A DNA stretch of 64,000 bases from Octopus vulgaris (lineage: Eukaryota): the NCBI GenBank assembly GCA_951406725.2, contig OX597840.1, forward strand, positions 19,158,001-19,222,000, given 5' to 3'. The stretch's first letter is position 1; each line of letters begins with the position of its first letter. Positions 14,209 through 26,829 of this stretch are shown piece by piece. The position numbers were made by a program, and so were the translations under genes. The notes beneath the pieces are model-generated. The model had not been told where the DNA came from. It made no database searches and was given only the letters and a program-made list of their open reading frames with translations.

Positions 14209-14247
14209 AAATAAACATCGTTTAAATTGCATTTTCAAACCTTTTTT

Positions 14248-14308
<61 letters not shown>

Positions 14309-14317
14309 GTGATCTGA

Positions 14318-14444
14318 AGGCGCGCCATGACTTCGATTCCTGGCAGTGCGTTGTGTCCTTGAGCAAGACACTTTATTTCACGGTGATCCAGTCCACTCAC
14401 CTGGCAAAAATGAGTTGTACCTGTATTTCAAGGGGCTAGCCTTG

Positions 14445-14445
<1 letters not shown>
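14318..14445 (+). mobile_element. SINE fragment (tRNA B-box + ccttgagcaagacactt core); related pieces at about 26400-26540 (-) and 34435-34530 (+)
   Basis: ttcgattcctggcagtgcgttgtgtccttgagcaagacact. Confidence 0.6.
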
Positions 14446-14486
<41 letters not shown>

Positions 14487-14789
14487 GTACATGGTGCAGG
14501 ATGACGCTGGGTAAATTTAATACTCAATATATTGCTGAATTCTTGAAGCTAGGAAGCAAGCCTATTGCCTAAGATGCCGTGTTTTGCGATCCAACCCAGA
14601 GTTATGTGTTTGAAAAACGAAACTCTTAATAACGCTCCCTTTTCTTGTTTTTTTCCCGTGTCTCTTTTCGTCCCCTATTGTTCTGTGGGGGGGGGCGTGC
14701 GTGTGTGTATACATATACAAAGAGAAAGAGAGGGAGGGAGAGGGAGTCAACAGATGATATCCAGAAAGCCTCAATATAAAAAACACTTA

Positions 14790-15880
14790 GTAGCGCTGAA
14801 ATGATTGGAGCTTACACTCCGACGTCTTGGTGAAGGACCAAGTCTGCGGGTTGATGTTTGTAAGAGAAATCTTAGTAGAACAGTCCACAACTCTTCTACT
14901 TTACAGTAGGTATGTAGATGACATTAATATCACAGTTAAGACTAACTCTATTAACGGTAATGTAGAATCTGAGAGGAACGTAACGGAGAGCATTCAGCAA
15001 GTAGCTATCTCCATCCACCAAAGTATCAAGGCAACTATAGATTACCCCACGAGGCACCCCAACAATAGACTCCCCGTCCATGATACTGAACTTTGGTTCG
15101 TGACTGTGAAGAACAGAGTGCAGCTCCTCCACTCCCATTACATGAAACCCATAGCTTTGAAATATGTTGTTCACAAGAACACAGCTTTGTTACACAACAT
15201 GAAAATTAACATATTGATAGCAGATTTAGGGTAACGAACAACGTGTCCCCACAATGCAAACCCTATGAAATTAAGAAGCGTGTACAGAACTTCATGTACC
15301 GCATGAAATCCTCTGGATATAATCAGAAAGATAGGGTTCGAGTATACAGGGTTGCTAGAAAGAAGTTAGATAACATTATATATAATGATACCAGTGGTAC
15401 GTGCCCTAGATATAGAAGTAAAGACTTGAATAGAATACAAAGAGCTTTTGAGAAAGCAAACAGGGAAAGCACGTGGTATAAAACCGGCAAATATCAAGGA
15501 GTGATGTTAGTAGAGGCCACAACCCATAGAGAACAAGCCTGTAGATTTAGGAAAGCTCTGAAGGAGACCAAACTCAACATTAAGATTTTTGAAAAGCCAG
15601 GGATCTCCATCAGATCACAACTATATAGGACGTACTCCTTTGAGAATACCATATGCACCAATGATAAATGCACGGCATTAACTGTAAAACTAGAAACGTA
15701 GTCTACAGCATAAGTTGCACATAATGTGCTTGTAAGGGGAGACATCTAGGAGCATTGTGGAAAGACTAAATGACCGTTTGAGACAATATGACGACAAAAA
15801 TAACAGTTTTCTATACTCTACGTTGCCAAGGACCAACATGGAGGCAGCCTGGGTCAACTTGACATACGCATTTCACTTCA
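14790..15880 (+). pseudogene. Second, divergent Penelope-like element (RT + Cys linker + GIY-YIG), decayed
   Basis: LYSRYVDDINI; IHQSIKATIDYP..RLPVHD; HYMKP; MKSSGY. Then INCKTRNVVYSISCT*CACKGETSRSIVERL at about 15677-15770. Confidence 0.85.
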
Positions 15881-16394
15881 CAGAAGGACATATATGGAGA
15901 CACACGTCCACACATACAGACACAGTATATAGTCACAAAAACTCATACACACACAGACACACCCAGACATGCACACACAAGGAGACAGAGGTACACACAC
16001 ACACATACACATAAGAACACACAAACACATGAATATGCAGAATACATACATACAAACGTACACACATACATATATACATACGCACACACACATACATGCA
16101 TACACACAGTTACAAGCATACATACATGTGTATGCGCACACACACTAACCTACACACATACGCACAAAGAAACAAAAAGAAGGCAGCGTGAATAATGGAC
16201 AGAGGCAACAACTATTGAAAAGACGCAACGAATATTTTATAAAAATAAATTAAGTAAATGAGCGGAAATTTTACCGGTGCGTGTGTTAAATTGTAAGACA
16301 CAAAAAAGAGAATGACTCTCCCCAGACACAACAGAATATGCTTCAACACACGAACTCACATAAAAAAATCTTGCAGACCAAATACAAAAACGGA

Positions 16395-16500
<106 letters not shown>

Positions 16501-16600
16501 GTATGTATATATAGTTGAAATTTACAGAAAATCAAAAGACGAAAACAGGTGTATAAACAATAAACAGATGCATTAGTTTCACGCTTGGGAAGGTGAGAAA

Positions 16601-16637
16601 GTCTTTTACGTTTCGAGCCTAGGCTCTTCAATAGAAA
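16601..16637 (-). ncRNA. Degenerate minimal hammerhead-like motif
   Basis: ttcta-TTGAAGA-gcctaggctc-GAAA-cg-TA-aaaga; palindromic acgt stem III but poor stem I. Confidence 0.35.
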
Positions 16638-16714
16638 CGAACACGAGGAAATAAACAGAGAGAGAATATGAAAACATTTGGAGTTAGCGGTCAATCGTGC
16701 ATCATATATACGTG

Positions 16715-16875
<161 letters not shown>

Positions 16876-16991
16876 ATACATAAACATACATACAACTTAT
16901 GCCGAAAGTTATACATTTCTGTCAACAATCTATCATGTTACGAGTATATAATTATAGAATGATATATTTGTTTTTGTTGCGTGCATAAACA

Positions 16992-17037
<46 letters not shown>

Positions 17038-17294
17038 GATCTATCTATCTATCTATTTATCTACATCCATCCATCCATCCATCCATCCATCCATCCAAAC
17101 ATATATATATATATATAGATGCATGTATGTATGTATGTATGCATGTATAGCTAGCTAGATAGATACTGAGACAAAGCCTGCCAAATTTACGCTCCCCTTA
17201 CATCTATTATCACTTTGCAAGCATATAATTATTATTGACACATTTCTGCTCGGTATATATAAATATGTATCTCTACCCATATATATGTACATAC

Positions 17295-17476
<182 letters not shown>

Positions 17477-17949
17477 GTATATATATATGTATATATAGTT
17501 ATAGGCATGTATGTATGCATGTATGCACATCTTGCATCATGTATGCATATATGTATATATTCATGTACCGAAATATATGCCTGAATGCATGCGTGTTACA
17601 AATACTTTATTTGTAGCTTTTGTTGTTTTTTTATTTATAAATTTATAATTACTGTTATCATTTCATCATTTATCGATTAGCTGGATGCACCAATGCATTC
17701 AACATATTTACTCGATCGTATCAAATGAAAGAATTATTCTAGCACGAGAATTATTCATCGATCTCTACTTATCGAATCACTAAGGTACTATTTACACTGA
17801 CGTTTATGTTTTTAGACTGGGAAACATAAACATTGATACAGAACATACACGCTTTCAGACATATATATAGAGAGAGAGATGCATTTATACATATACATTT
17901 ATGTATACAAACATATTTATAGATACATATATACATAAATACATCTTGT

Positions 17950-18156
17950 TTCTTTACTGCCCACAAGGGGCTACACACAGAGGGGACAAACAAGGAAAGA
18001 CAAACGGATTAAGTCGATTATATCGACCTCTGTGCGTAACAGGTACTTATTTAATCGACCCCGAAAGGATGAAAGGCAAAGTCGACCTCGGCGTAATTTG
18101 TACTCAGAACGTAGCGACAGACGAGATACTGCTAAGCATTTCGCCCGGCATGCTAA
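17950..18156 (-). mobile_element. tRNA-derived SINE, family B
   Basis: Reverse-complement homolog of 25148-25360. Confidence 0.85.
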
Positions 18157-18278
18157 TTTAAACACATAAGAAGTGCCTTGACACGACACCTAGCATACTA
18201 GAAGGACCAGTCAAAATGTAAACCACGGTTAGGGATAATTTCGAAGGGAATGAAAAATTAAAACATTTACCATATCTT

Positions 18279-18353
18279 GTTACCGGACAATAGTTTCGGA
18301 CTTTAATTAGTAAATAAAATAATTCGCTAGGCGAAGTTCTCATCAGCGGGAAC
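18279..18353 (-). ncRNA. Type I hammerhead ribozyme, canonical core
   Basis: gttcccg-CTGATGA-gaactt...aagtcc-GAAA-ctattg-TC-cggtaac. Stem I 6/7 bp, stem II 5/6 bp, near-palindromic stem III, GUC site. Confidence 0.75.
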
Positions 18354-18572
18354 GCCAAAGATTATAAGGCAGAATAGTGCATGTCTCATCTTTATATATT
18401 ATAATTTTTCAAATACACCACGCAAGCGCAGTTTTTGTTGGCAGCAAATAAAAATCCAAACTGAGGTTTGGATTTTGACTGGTCCTTCATATATTTCTAC
18501 CCCAGCGTCACTTTGATGGCGTGTGCTGCTCTCACATACATACATACATACATACATACATACATACATACA

Positions 18573-18606
<34 letters not shown>

Positions 18607-18868
18607 CATTCACAGCAAACTTCTGCAGTTTTCTATCAATCAATTTCAAGCAAGGTCTGATTGGTTTACTGAAGTGTAGGCTATCAAGACATTTACTCGG
18701 TGATATGCTGGATATTCGGGTGGAAAGACGGTGCCAAATATTTTCTGAAAAGAAAATGCGAAAACATCTCAAGTACATGAATATTCCAGTGTCTCTGCCA
18801 GCATATATGTCTATCCGCGCGAGTTTCTGATTTGTGAATGAATACATACATATACATATGTACGTATG

Positions 18869-18900
<32 letters not shown>

Positions 18901-19528
18901 TGTATGTATGTATGTATGTATGTATGTATGTATGTATGTATGTATGTATGTATGTATGTATGTATGTATGTATGTATGTATGTATGTATGTGTGTATGTA
19001 TGTATGTATGTATGTGTGTGTGTATGTGTATGTGTGTGAGTTTAGAAGGTTTATCAAAAACGCTAAAATATTGCCGTTTAAATCAAAAGTGACTAAAATT
19101 AATAATAAAAAAATAATGGTAACTTTGAGATAATACTAAATCTTTTCTACAGACATTGTTTACAAAAAAACAGACAGTTCTTCGAATTTAGAGGAAATCA
19201 AAGACGTATATTATTCTCCCACATTATTTTTTTTGTTTTTGTTTCTTTTTTTTGCTCGTTGTTGTTGTTGTTCCTGTTGTTTTGGTGGAAGAACTATTGT
19301 TACTATTATTATTATTATTTTTATCATCATCATCACCATCATCATTACATCACCACTTTTATTATCATCATGATCACCATTCTTATCATTATCACAATCT
19401 CCATCATTCTCATAGTCATCATCATCATCATCATCATCACTATTACTGTCGCTGCTGTTGTTACTGTTGTTTTGTTATTGCTGTTTTTTCTTCTTCCTCT
19501 TCTTCCTATTTTTATTCTTATTATTACC

Positions 19529-19564
<36 letters not shown>

Positions 19565-19582
19565 GTAGTAGTAGTAGTAGTT

Positions 19583-19621
<39 letters not shown>

Positions 19622-20300
19622 ATGTTGTTGTTGTTATTCTGCTGCTGTTTGGTTTTGCTAGTTTTATTATTCGTGTTATTGTTACTTTTATTAGTATTAT
19701 AATTGGCAACATCACCATCATCATCATCATCATCATCATTACCACCACCACCATCACCATCACCACCACAATCACCAGCATTATCCTCCTCCTCCCCCTC
19801 ATCCTCATCATCATCGTCGTCATCATCATCATCATCATCATCGGCAGTACTGTCACTGTATTTTTGTAGTTTCCTCTTCACAAATTTCAAAAACACGTTC
19901 ACTGAATCCTGAAGAGCAAATTCTGTTTAAGGTACCGTTTATCTTTTTAGATAAATATATATCCACGTGCACGCGCACACACACACACACACTGATACAC
20001 AGCATCACGCTCTTATTCGAGATACAAGTATTTACATAACAAACAATACATCAGACACGCACACACTCCATGCGCAAACACAGTCAGAAGGAAAATACGG
20101 ACACACATTCGTTAATGTCTGATTCTATGAATATATACATACATGCATATGTAACTATGTATATATATATATATATACACACACAAACTTACGTATAAAT
20201 ATACGTTTATATGTTAGAATGTCTCCCACACTCTCATTCCCACTCTGTTTCTCTCTATATATACATATATATATATATTTATATATACATATACATACAC

Positions 20301-20353
<53 letters not shown>

Positions 20354-20365
20354 TATATATATATA

Positions 20366-20420
<55 letters not shown>

Positions 20421-20814
20421 TGTATATACATATGTACATATATATATATATATATACGTATGTATGTATGTATGTATGTATGTATGTATGTATATCGCGG
20501 TTTATGTGTGTGCATGTGCCTCTTCCTGTATGTATGTATGATGCTATATATAAGTGGGTATTGATTTGCTATTAACAAAATTTTTGGCGAGAAATGTGAA
20601 AATATGACTTTGAGTTTTGTTTCTGCTTTTATGTACTCTAATATTTCAATTACGTATACATGCATACATCAATACACACAATCAGACATACATGCATATT
20701 TTCATACATGTAGACATGCAGGCATACGTATGTGTGTGTATGAACATTGTTTTGGTTTTACTGCTTATTATTCTAATTACATCAACACACATATATATGT
20801 ATTTATGTATATAT

Positions 20815-20856
<42 letters not shown>

Positions 20857-20983
20857 CAGCTATACACGTACATACAAAATATCTAAATATATAGACACAC
20901 CTATATCTATAATAGATGTGTATATATACACATATATGCATATTGTATATATTTATATATACATAGAGGCACATAACACACAC

Positions 20984-21033
<50 letters not shown>

Positions 21034-21292
21034 ATATATGTGTGTGTATGTATTTATGTATGTATGTGTGTGTATGTATGTATGTATGTATGTATGTATG
21101 TGTGTGTATGTATGTATGTATGTATGTATGTATGTATGTATGTATGTATGTATCTATATATGTATGTATGTATGAATATATATATGTATGTATGTATGTA
21201 TGTGTATGTATGTATGTGTATATGTATGTATGTATGTATGAATATATATATGTATGTATGTATATGTGTATGTATGTATGTGTATATGTATG

Positions 21293-21326
<34 letters not shown>

Positions 21327-22077
21327 TGTATGTATGTGTGTGTGTATGTATGTATGTATGTATGTATGTATGTATGTATATATGTATGTATGTCTGTATG
21401 TACGTATATATGTATGTGGGGGCGTAATTGCTCAGATTTTCAATCTATTTCTTGTGTGATAATAGCGTGACGCTGTTGTTGTTGTTGTTGTGAAAGTTGA
21501 ATGGGTGATGATGGTGGTGGTGGTGGTGGTGGTACTGGAAATGGTGATGGTGGGGCAGGTGTTTTGCATTGTTTTGTAGTTGTGTGCGTTAATGAGGGCG
21601 TTAATGATTGTAGTGGTGGTAGTGGGGGTAGTTGCAGGATAGAAAATCGTTGTGATAGTGATGTTGGTGGTGGTGGTGTTTGTGGTGGTGTTGGTGGTGG
21701 TGTTTGTGGTGGTGTTTGTAGTGGTATTGCTGATGGTAGTGTAGTGTCGCTGGTGGTGATAGAGAGATGGCGGAGGGAGACGGGTATAAGAGATATAGAA
21801 AACGAAAGAGAGAATGCGGAGACGGAGAGATGGGAGCAGAGAGAATGAGACAGAAAGAGAGAGAGAGGAGGGTATTGGGTAGAGGGTTGAAGAAAGAGAT
21901 AGAAAGATGGGGGAAAGTGAGATATGGACAAAGAGGAAGAGGGGAAAGGAGAGAGGGGATGCAGAGAGAGAGAGAATAGAGAACAAATAGAGGACAAAAG
22001 GAGAAAGAGGGAAGAGAGAGGGGGCAAACAGAGAAACAGGAGAAGGAAAAAGAAGAGATGGGTGTAGAGATAAATGG

Positions 22078-22133
<56 letters not shown>

Positions 22134-22163
22134 GTCCAGAGATGAAATCCAATTATTCTCAGC

Positions 22164-22194
<31 letters not shown>

Positions 22195-22197
<3 letters not shown>

Positions 22198-22400
22198 CGG
22201 GTTTCTTTCAGTTTCCGTCCACCAAATCCTCTCACAAGTCTTTAGTGGGACTGAACTCGGAACCTTGTACTTGAGAAACAAACTACTTATCAAACACACA
22301 CACATAAGACGGTCCTCTTTCAAGTGCCTCGCAGTGGAGCAGAACCCGGAACCATGTGTTTGGGAAATAAACCTCTTACCAAACAGCCACACCTCTACCT
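22195..22400 (-). mobile_element. Family A SINE head fragments
   Basis: gacgggtttctttcagtttccgtccaccaaatc and ..gaacccggaaccatgtg.. match the family A head. Confidence 0.7.
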
Positions 22401-23293
22401 AATACAGATGATTACCTTCTTCACCTCCATGCAACTTGACTGGCGTTGTAGCATTTAAACTGACCACGCAACTCCCTCTGTTCTTAACATTAGACTCATT
22501 AATCTAATTAAGTGTATTTCCTGCAGTTAATTACGTTTCTCATACATAGAAACATTTGCTATCCAATTTTCTAATTATATTTTCCAAATAATTAAAAACA
22601 AGTTGTCAGTTTCACTTGCCCCTCTCTCCCTTACTCTCTCTCTCTTTCTCTCTCTCTCTCTTGTTCTCTCTTTTGCTCCCTTTCTTGCTCCTCCTCCTCC
22701 ATCTCTCTCTTCTTCTTGCACTCTCTTTCCATCACTTGCTCTCTTCCCTTCTCTCTTTCTCGCTTTGCCTCTCTTTTGCTATCTCTCTTGCTCTCTCTCT
22801 CTCTCTCTCTCTCTCTTGATGCATCTTTCTCTCCTCCTCTCTCTCTCTCTTGCTCTCTATTCTGCTCTCTCTCTCTTTCTCTTGCTGTCTCTCTCTTTTT
22901 CTCTCTCCTGCTCCCTTTCTCTCTTACTGCCCCTCTATATCACTCTTGTTTTCTATTATTCTCTTTGTTTCTCTTTCTGCCTCTCTATATCTCTCTTACT
23001 TTCTGTCTCTCTCTCTCTCTCTTGTACCCCTCTTATTTGCTCTCTCTCTCTCACTCTCTCTCTCTCTCTCTCTTGTACCCCTCTTATTTGCTCTCTCTCT
23101 CTCACTCTCTCTCTCTCTCTCTCTCTTGTGCTATCAATTTACATCTCTCTTACTCTCTATATTTCCCTTCCCCCTCTCTTATCTTTGATTTCTCTGGTTC
23201 TCTATAATGCTCTCTTTCTCATTATCACGCTATTTCTGTCTGTCACTCAATGTTATCTAACATTCTATCTTCACCTCACACACACACACACAG

Positions 23294-23345
<52 letters not shown>

Positions 23346-24036
23346 ACACACACAACCACATACACATTTTCCCAAATCATAGCTTTGACACAAAATTATA
23401 TTTTCCTTCCTTTTAAACATAGTTATACATTTCTGTCTCCTTCACACGCAACTACAGCATTTAATTTTTTATTTATTTATGATTTCACAAATATTGTCTT
23501 AAAATGTCTCCTAATAATTTAAGTAAATATATACACAAATAAAGAAAAGAAAGAAAGAAGAAAGAAAAAGAACAACAACAAATGAACAAGATTGATTCTT
23601 TGGTTAACAAGTTCGGTTTGCAAGCACCTGTACCTCTGATCGATCATGTTGCGAAGCAACTTTAGGAAAGTACTAGAATGTTGGGTTCACCAATACCTCG
23701 AGAAGAAAGAGCAGCACCACAAAATGAAGCTTTAATAATGTATTAAATATCATATATACATGTGATGAAGCTATAGGGTGTTATTCAGGGACTCGACTAT
23801 GAGTCCACTACATCTAACCACAGAAACAGCTGTAAGGTAATAAAGTTCATAAGACAAAAATTTATTCCTTCGTCATCCCTCTTTCTGTAATAATGAGATA
23901 AAGAAATTTGAATTATATTTTATTCTTCGAGAAACCAGGATTTTCTACACCTGAAGAATTTCGGTTTTAATTACCCAGAACACGAGTTGAGTGTTTCATT
24001 GGAAATGCCCAATCTTTATTCCCCACCAGGATCTCT

Positions 24037-24070
<34 letters not shown>

Positions 24071-24140
24071 ATTATCGGTAGGAACTTTAACAAAAAGTTC
24101 TTTATATATATATATATATATATACATATATATATAAAGA

Positions 24141-24196
<56 letters not shown>

Positions 24197-24258
24197 CATA
24201 TATATATACATATATATATATATACATATATATAAATGTATACATATATACATGTATG

Positions 24259-24326
<68 letters not shown>

Positions 24327-24452
24327 ACAACAATTGAGGAACGGCTACAATAGGCCGTTCGACCCACTAGAAATAGCAGCCAGGGCTCCAACCGCAAATA
24401 GTAGTAATTCCGAAATCAAAGGAAAAATTAAAAAAACATTTACCCTGTTCTT

Positions 24453-24563
24453 CTTTAGACAATGCATTGTTTCGGCGTTTTTTAATGGTAAACCAGCCTG
24501 ATTAAATTAAATTAAACTTAATCAAGTCAACCTTCCAAAAGGCCAACGCGCTCATCAGTAAAG
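24453..24563 (-). ncRNA. Type I hammerhead ribozyme, intact core
   Basis: cttta-CTGATGA-gcgcgtt...aacgcc-GAAA-caatgcattg-TC-taaag. Perfect stem I, palindromic stem III acaatgcattgt, GUC site. Confidence 0.85.
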
Positions 24564-24753
24564 GAGCCAGAAGGGACAGAAATTACACGAGGCAGCTACC
24601 TTCATGCCTAGGTAATATCTGACCTAAAATTTTCAAAATCATCGTACTCGCGCCAACTTGTCGGCAGCAAATATAAACTGCCGATTCAATTTCGGAATTA
24701 ATCAGAAAATTATCAATTAATCAATTGACAGTAATTTCTGTCCCTTCTGGCTC

Positions 24754-24874
24754 CTTTAATGATGAGCGCGTTGGCCTTTTGGAAGATTGACTTGATTAAG
24801 TTTAATTTAATTTAATTTAATTTAATCAGGCTGGTTTACCATTAAAAAACGCCGAAACAATGCATTGTCTAAAG
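24754..24874 (+). ncRNA. Mirror hammerhead copy with C3->A core substitution
   Basis: cttta-ATGATGA-gcgcgtt...aacgcc-GAAA-caatgcattg-TC-taaag. Confidence 0.75.
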
Positions 24875-25093
24875 AAGAACAGGGTAAATGTTTTTTTAAT
24901 TTTTCCTTTGATTTCGGAATTACTACTATTTGCGGTTGGAGCCCTGGCTGCTATTTCTAGTGGGCCGAACGGCCTATTGTAGCCGTTTCTCAATTGTTGT
25001 TGAATTTATTCATAGTCTCTGACTATTTCCTCTTTCTCACTAGACCGCTGGTGGCAAAATAATTTCTATTGAATTTTTTGCTACCCTAAATTG

Positions 25094-25147
<54 letters not shown>

Positions 25148-25149
<2 letters not shown>

Positions 25150-25357
25150 CGGCGAGCTGGTAAAACGTTAGCACGCCGGGCGAAATTCGTCTGTCGTTAC
25201 GTTCCGAGTTCAAATTCCGCCGAGGTCGACTTTGCCTTTCATCCTTTCGGGGTCGATAAATTAAGTACCAGTTACGCACTGGGGTCGATGTATCGACTTA
25301 ATCCCTTTGTCTGTCCTTGTTTGTCCCCTCTGTGTTTAGCCCCTTGTGGGCGTAAAG

Positions 25358-25360
<3 letters not shown>
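25148..25360 (+). mobile_element. tRNA-derived SINE, family B (Meta-domain-like core, Tx1-like tail)
   Basis: A-box-like tggtaaaacgttag, B-box gagttcaaattcc, core gcctttcatcctttcggggtcgataaattaagtacca, tail ..tgtgggcgtaaagaaa; inserted in (TA)n. Confidence 0.88.
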
Positions 25361-25396
<36 letters not shown>

Positions 25397-25411
25397 TATA
25401 CATATATATAC

Positions 25412-25457
<46 letters not shown>

Positions 25458-25650
25458 ATATGTATACATACATATATATGTATATGAATATTTAAGTAGG
25501 TGAATGAATTATCCTATGTTTATCGTCAGCATGGAAAATTCGTTTAACCGAAACCTGGGTAGCAAATTCACGTCAGAAAACACGGTTGAAGCGACCTGTC
25601 AAGGGTAGAAACTCCGGGTTTATGTACAGAAATGTGTGTGTTGTATATGA

Positions 25651-25900
25651 ATAAATGAAAGAATGGAGTCGAACGGAGATGTTAACAAAATTCCTTTACT
25701 TTCGACACATGTTTCGAAGACAGCATATTTTCATTCCGAAGAAAGGGAGCCTCTCTCGACAACAAGACAAACAAAAATTCGATGATTGCCTACAATGCAC
25801 CCTTTATTCCTTCAGAATGAAAATATGCTGTCTTCGAAACATGTGCCGAGAGTAAAGGAATTTTGTTAACATCTCCGTTCGACTCCATTCTTTCATTTAT
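25651..25900. mobile_element. Small fold-back cassette (about 90-bp arms) with hammerhead remnant
   Basis: 25651-25741 vs 25810-25900 reverse complement. Confidence 0.85.
25751..25852 (+). ncRNA. Hammerhead variant (UCGACAA core), degenerate
   Basis: ctctc-TCGACAA-caagaca...tgtcttc-GAAA-catgtg-CC-gagag. Stem I 5 bp, stem II aagaca/tgtctt; the mirror arm retains GUC (gaaacatgtgTC). Confidence 0.6.
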
Positions 25901-26046
25901 ATGTATGTATGTATATATATATATATATATATCAATAATATAAGGGTAAATAATTATTAATTTTAAAATTAATAATTATTACCGAGTAGTTTCGGTATGG
26001 AAATCTAACCATTATCGGTAGGGACTTTTACAAAAAGTTCTTTATA

Positions 26047-26080
<34 letters not shown>

Positions 26081-26246
26081 TTGTTATCGCCATATTAATA
26101 TGGCATTCTTATAGATATAAGAATAATCGCTGCCGCTGGTCAGCTCCATGAGGCCACCGCCATCAAGATAGCTATTGATACACGATCTGTATCCATTATA
26201 ACCTTCGAACAAGGGAGGTCAGCCGCTTCACACTGCCAGTCCGACA

Positions 26247-26288
26247 GCTACAGACGCGTTTCGGGGTATTGCCCCTTGTCAATGTAGC
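26247..26288 (-). ncRNA. Compact type I hammerhead ribozyme with U3-A8 covariation
   Basis: gctaca-TTGACAA-gggg caata cccc-GAAA-cgcg-TC-tgtagc. 6-bp stem I, 4-bp stem II, palindromic acgcgt stem III. Confidence 0.88.
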
Positions 26289-26829
26289 GCAGTCAGACCC
26301 GCAGGTGTCGCCACTGACGTCTCTGTTCGAAGGTTTCTATGGACTTACACGCGCGCGCACACACACACGTGCATCACAGCATTGACGGTATTGCTGCTAC
26401 CCCACTGGCCAGGTGAGCAGGCCAACATTCTCCACTGGTCAGGGTTACCCATTTACTGCTGAGTGAAGGAGAGCCACGGGAAAGGAAGTGTTTTGCTTAA
26501 CAACACAATGCAACACACTCACCACTAAGCCACGCGCCTTCATACACACACACACATACACACACACACACACACACACATTCGCACACATACACATGTA
26601 TATAGACTGAACCACAAAAGAAACGTCGCGCACATACTAAGTAGAAATTAGTTTATTAGCAAACTGCCATAGCGTTGATTGAAAAGTGCTAATTAAGAAA
26701 CCGTTCTTTCCTAATGATAAAACGCCATTTCAAGAAACATGTTTGCCGTCACATGATGTCACGTGAATACGGAATGTCCTGGATCCAAAGTGATGAACTC
26801 AATATCTCGTGTGACCACCGTTAGCATTG

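Larger units (their letters stand above)
11643..14255. mobile_element. Non-coding fold-back cassette: 468-bp inverted arms, each with a hammerhead motif and a 44-bp minisatellite
   Basis: 11643-12110 is the near-identical reverse complement of 13788-14255; (TA)n on both outer sides. Confidence 0.85.
24325..25002. mobile_element. Non-coding fold-back cassette, about 265-bp inverted arms each carrying a hammerhead
   Basis: 24325-24586 vs 24731-25002 reverse complement with few differences; 144-bp spacer; left edge abuts (TA)n. Confidence 0.9.

Noticed and set aside
23945-23996. Hammerhead (acac-CTGAAGA...GAAC)
   Set aside because: GAAA box broken and stems ambiguous.
25978-26025. Minus-strand CCGATAA...GAAA motif (partial copy at 24068-24103)
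   Set aside because: C3/A8 cannot pair and the stem I register is inconsistent; repeat fragment only.
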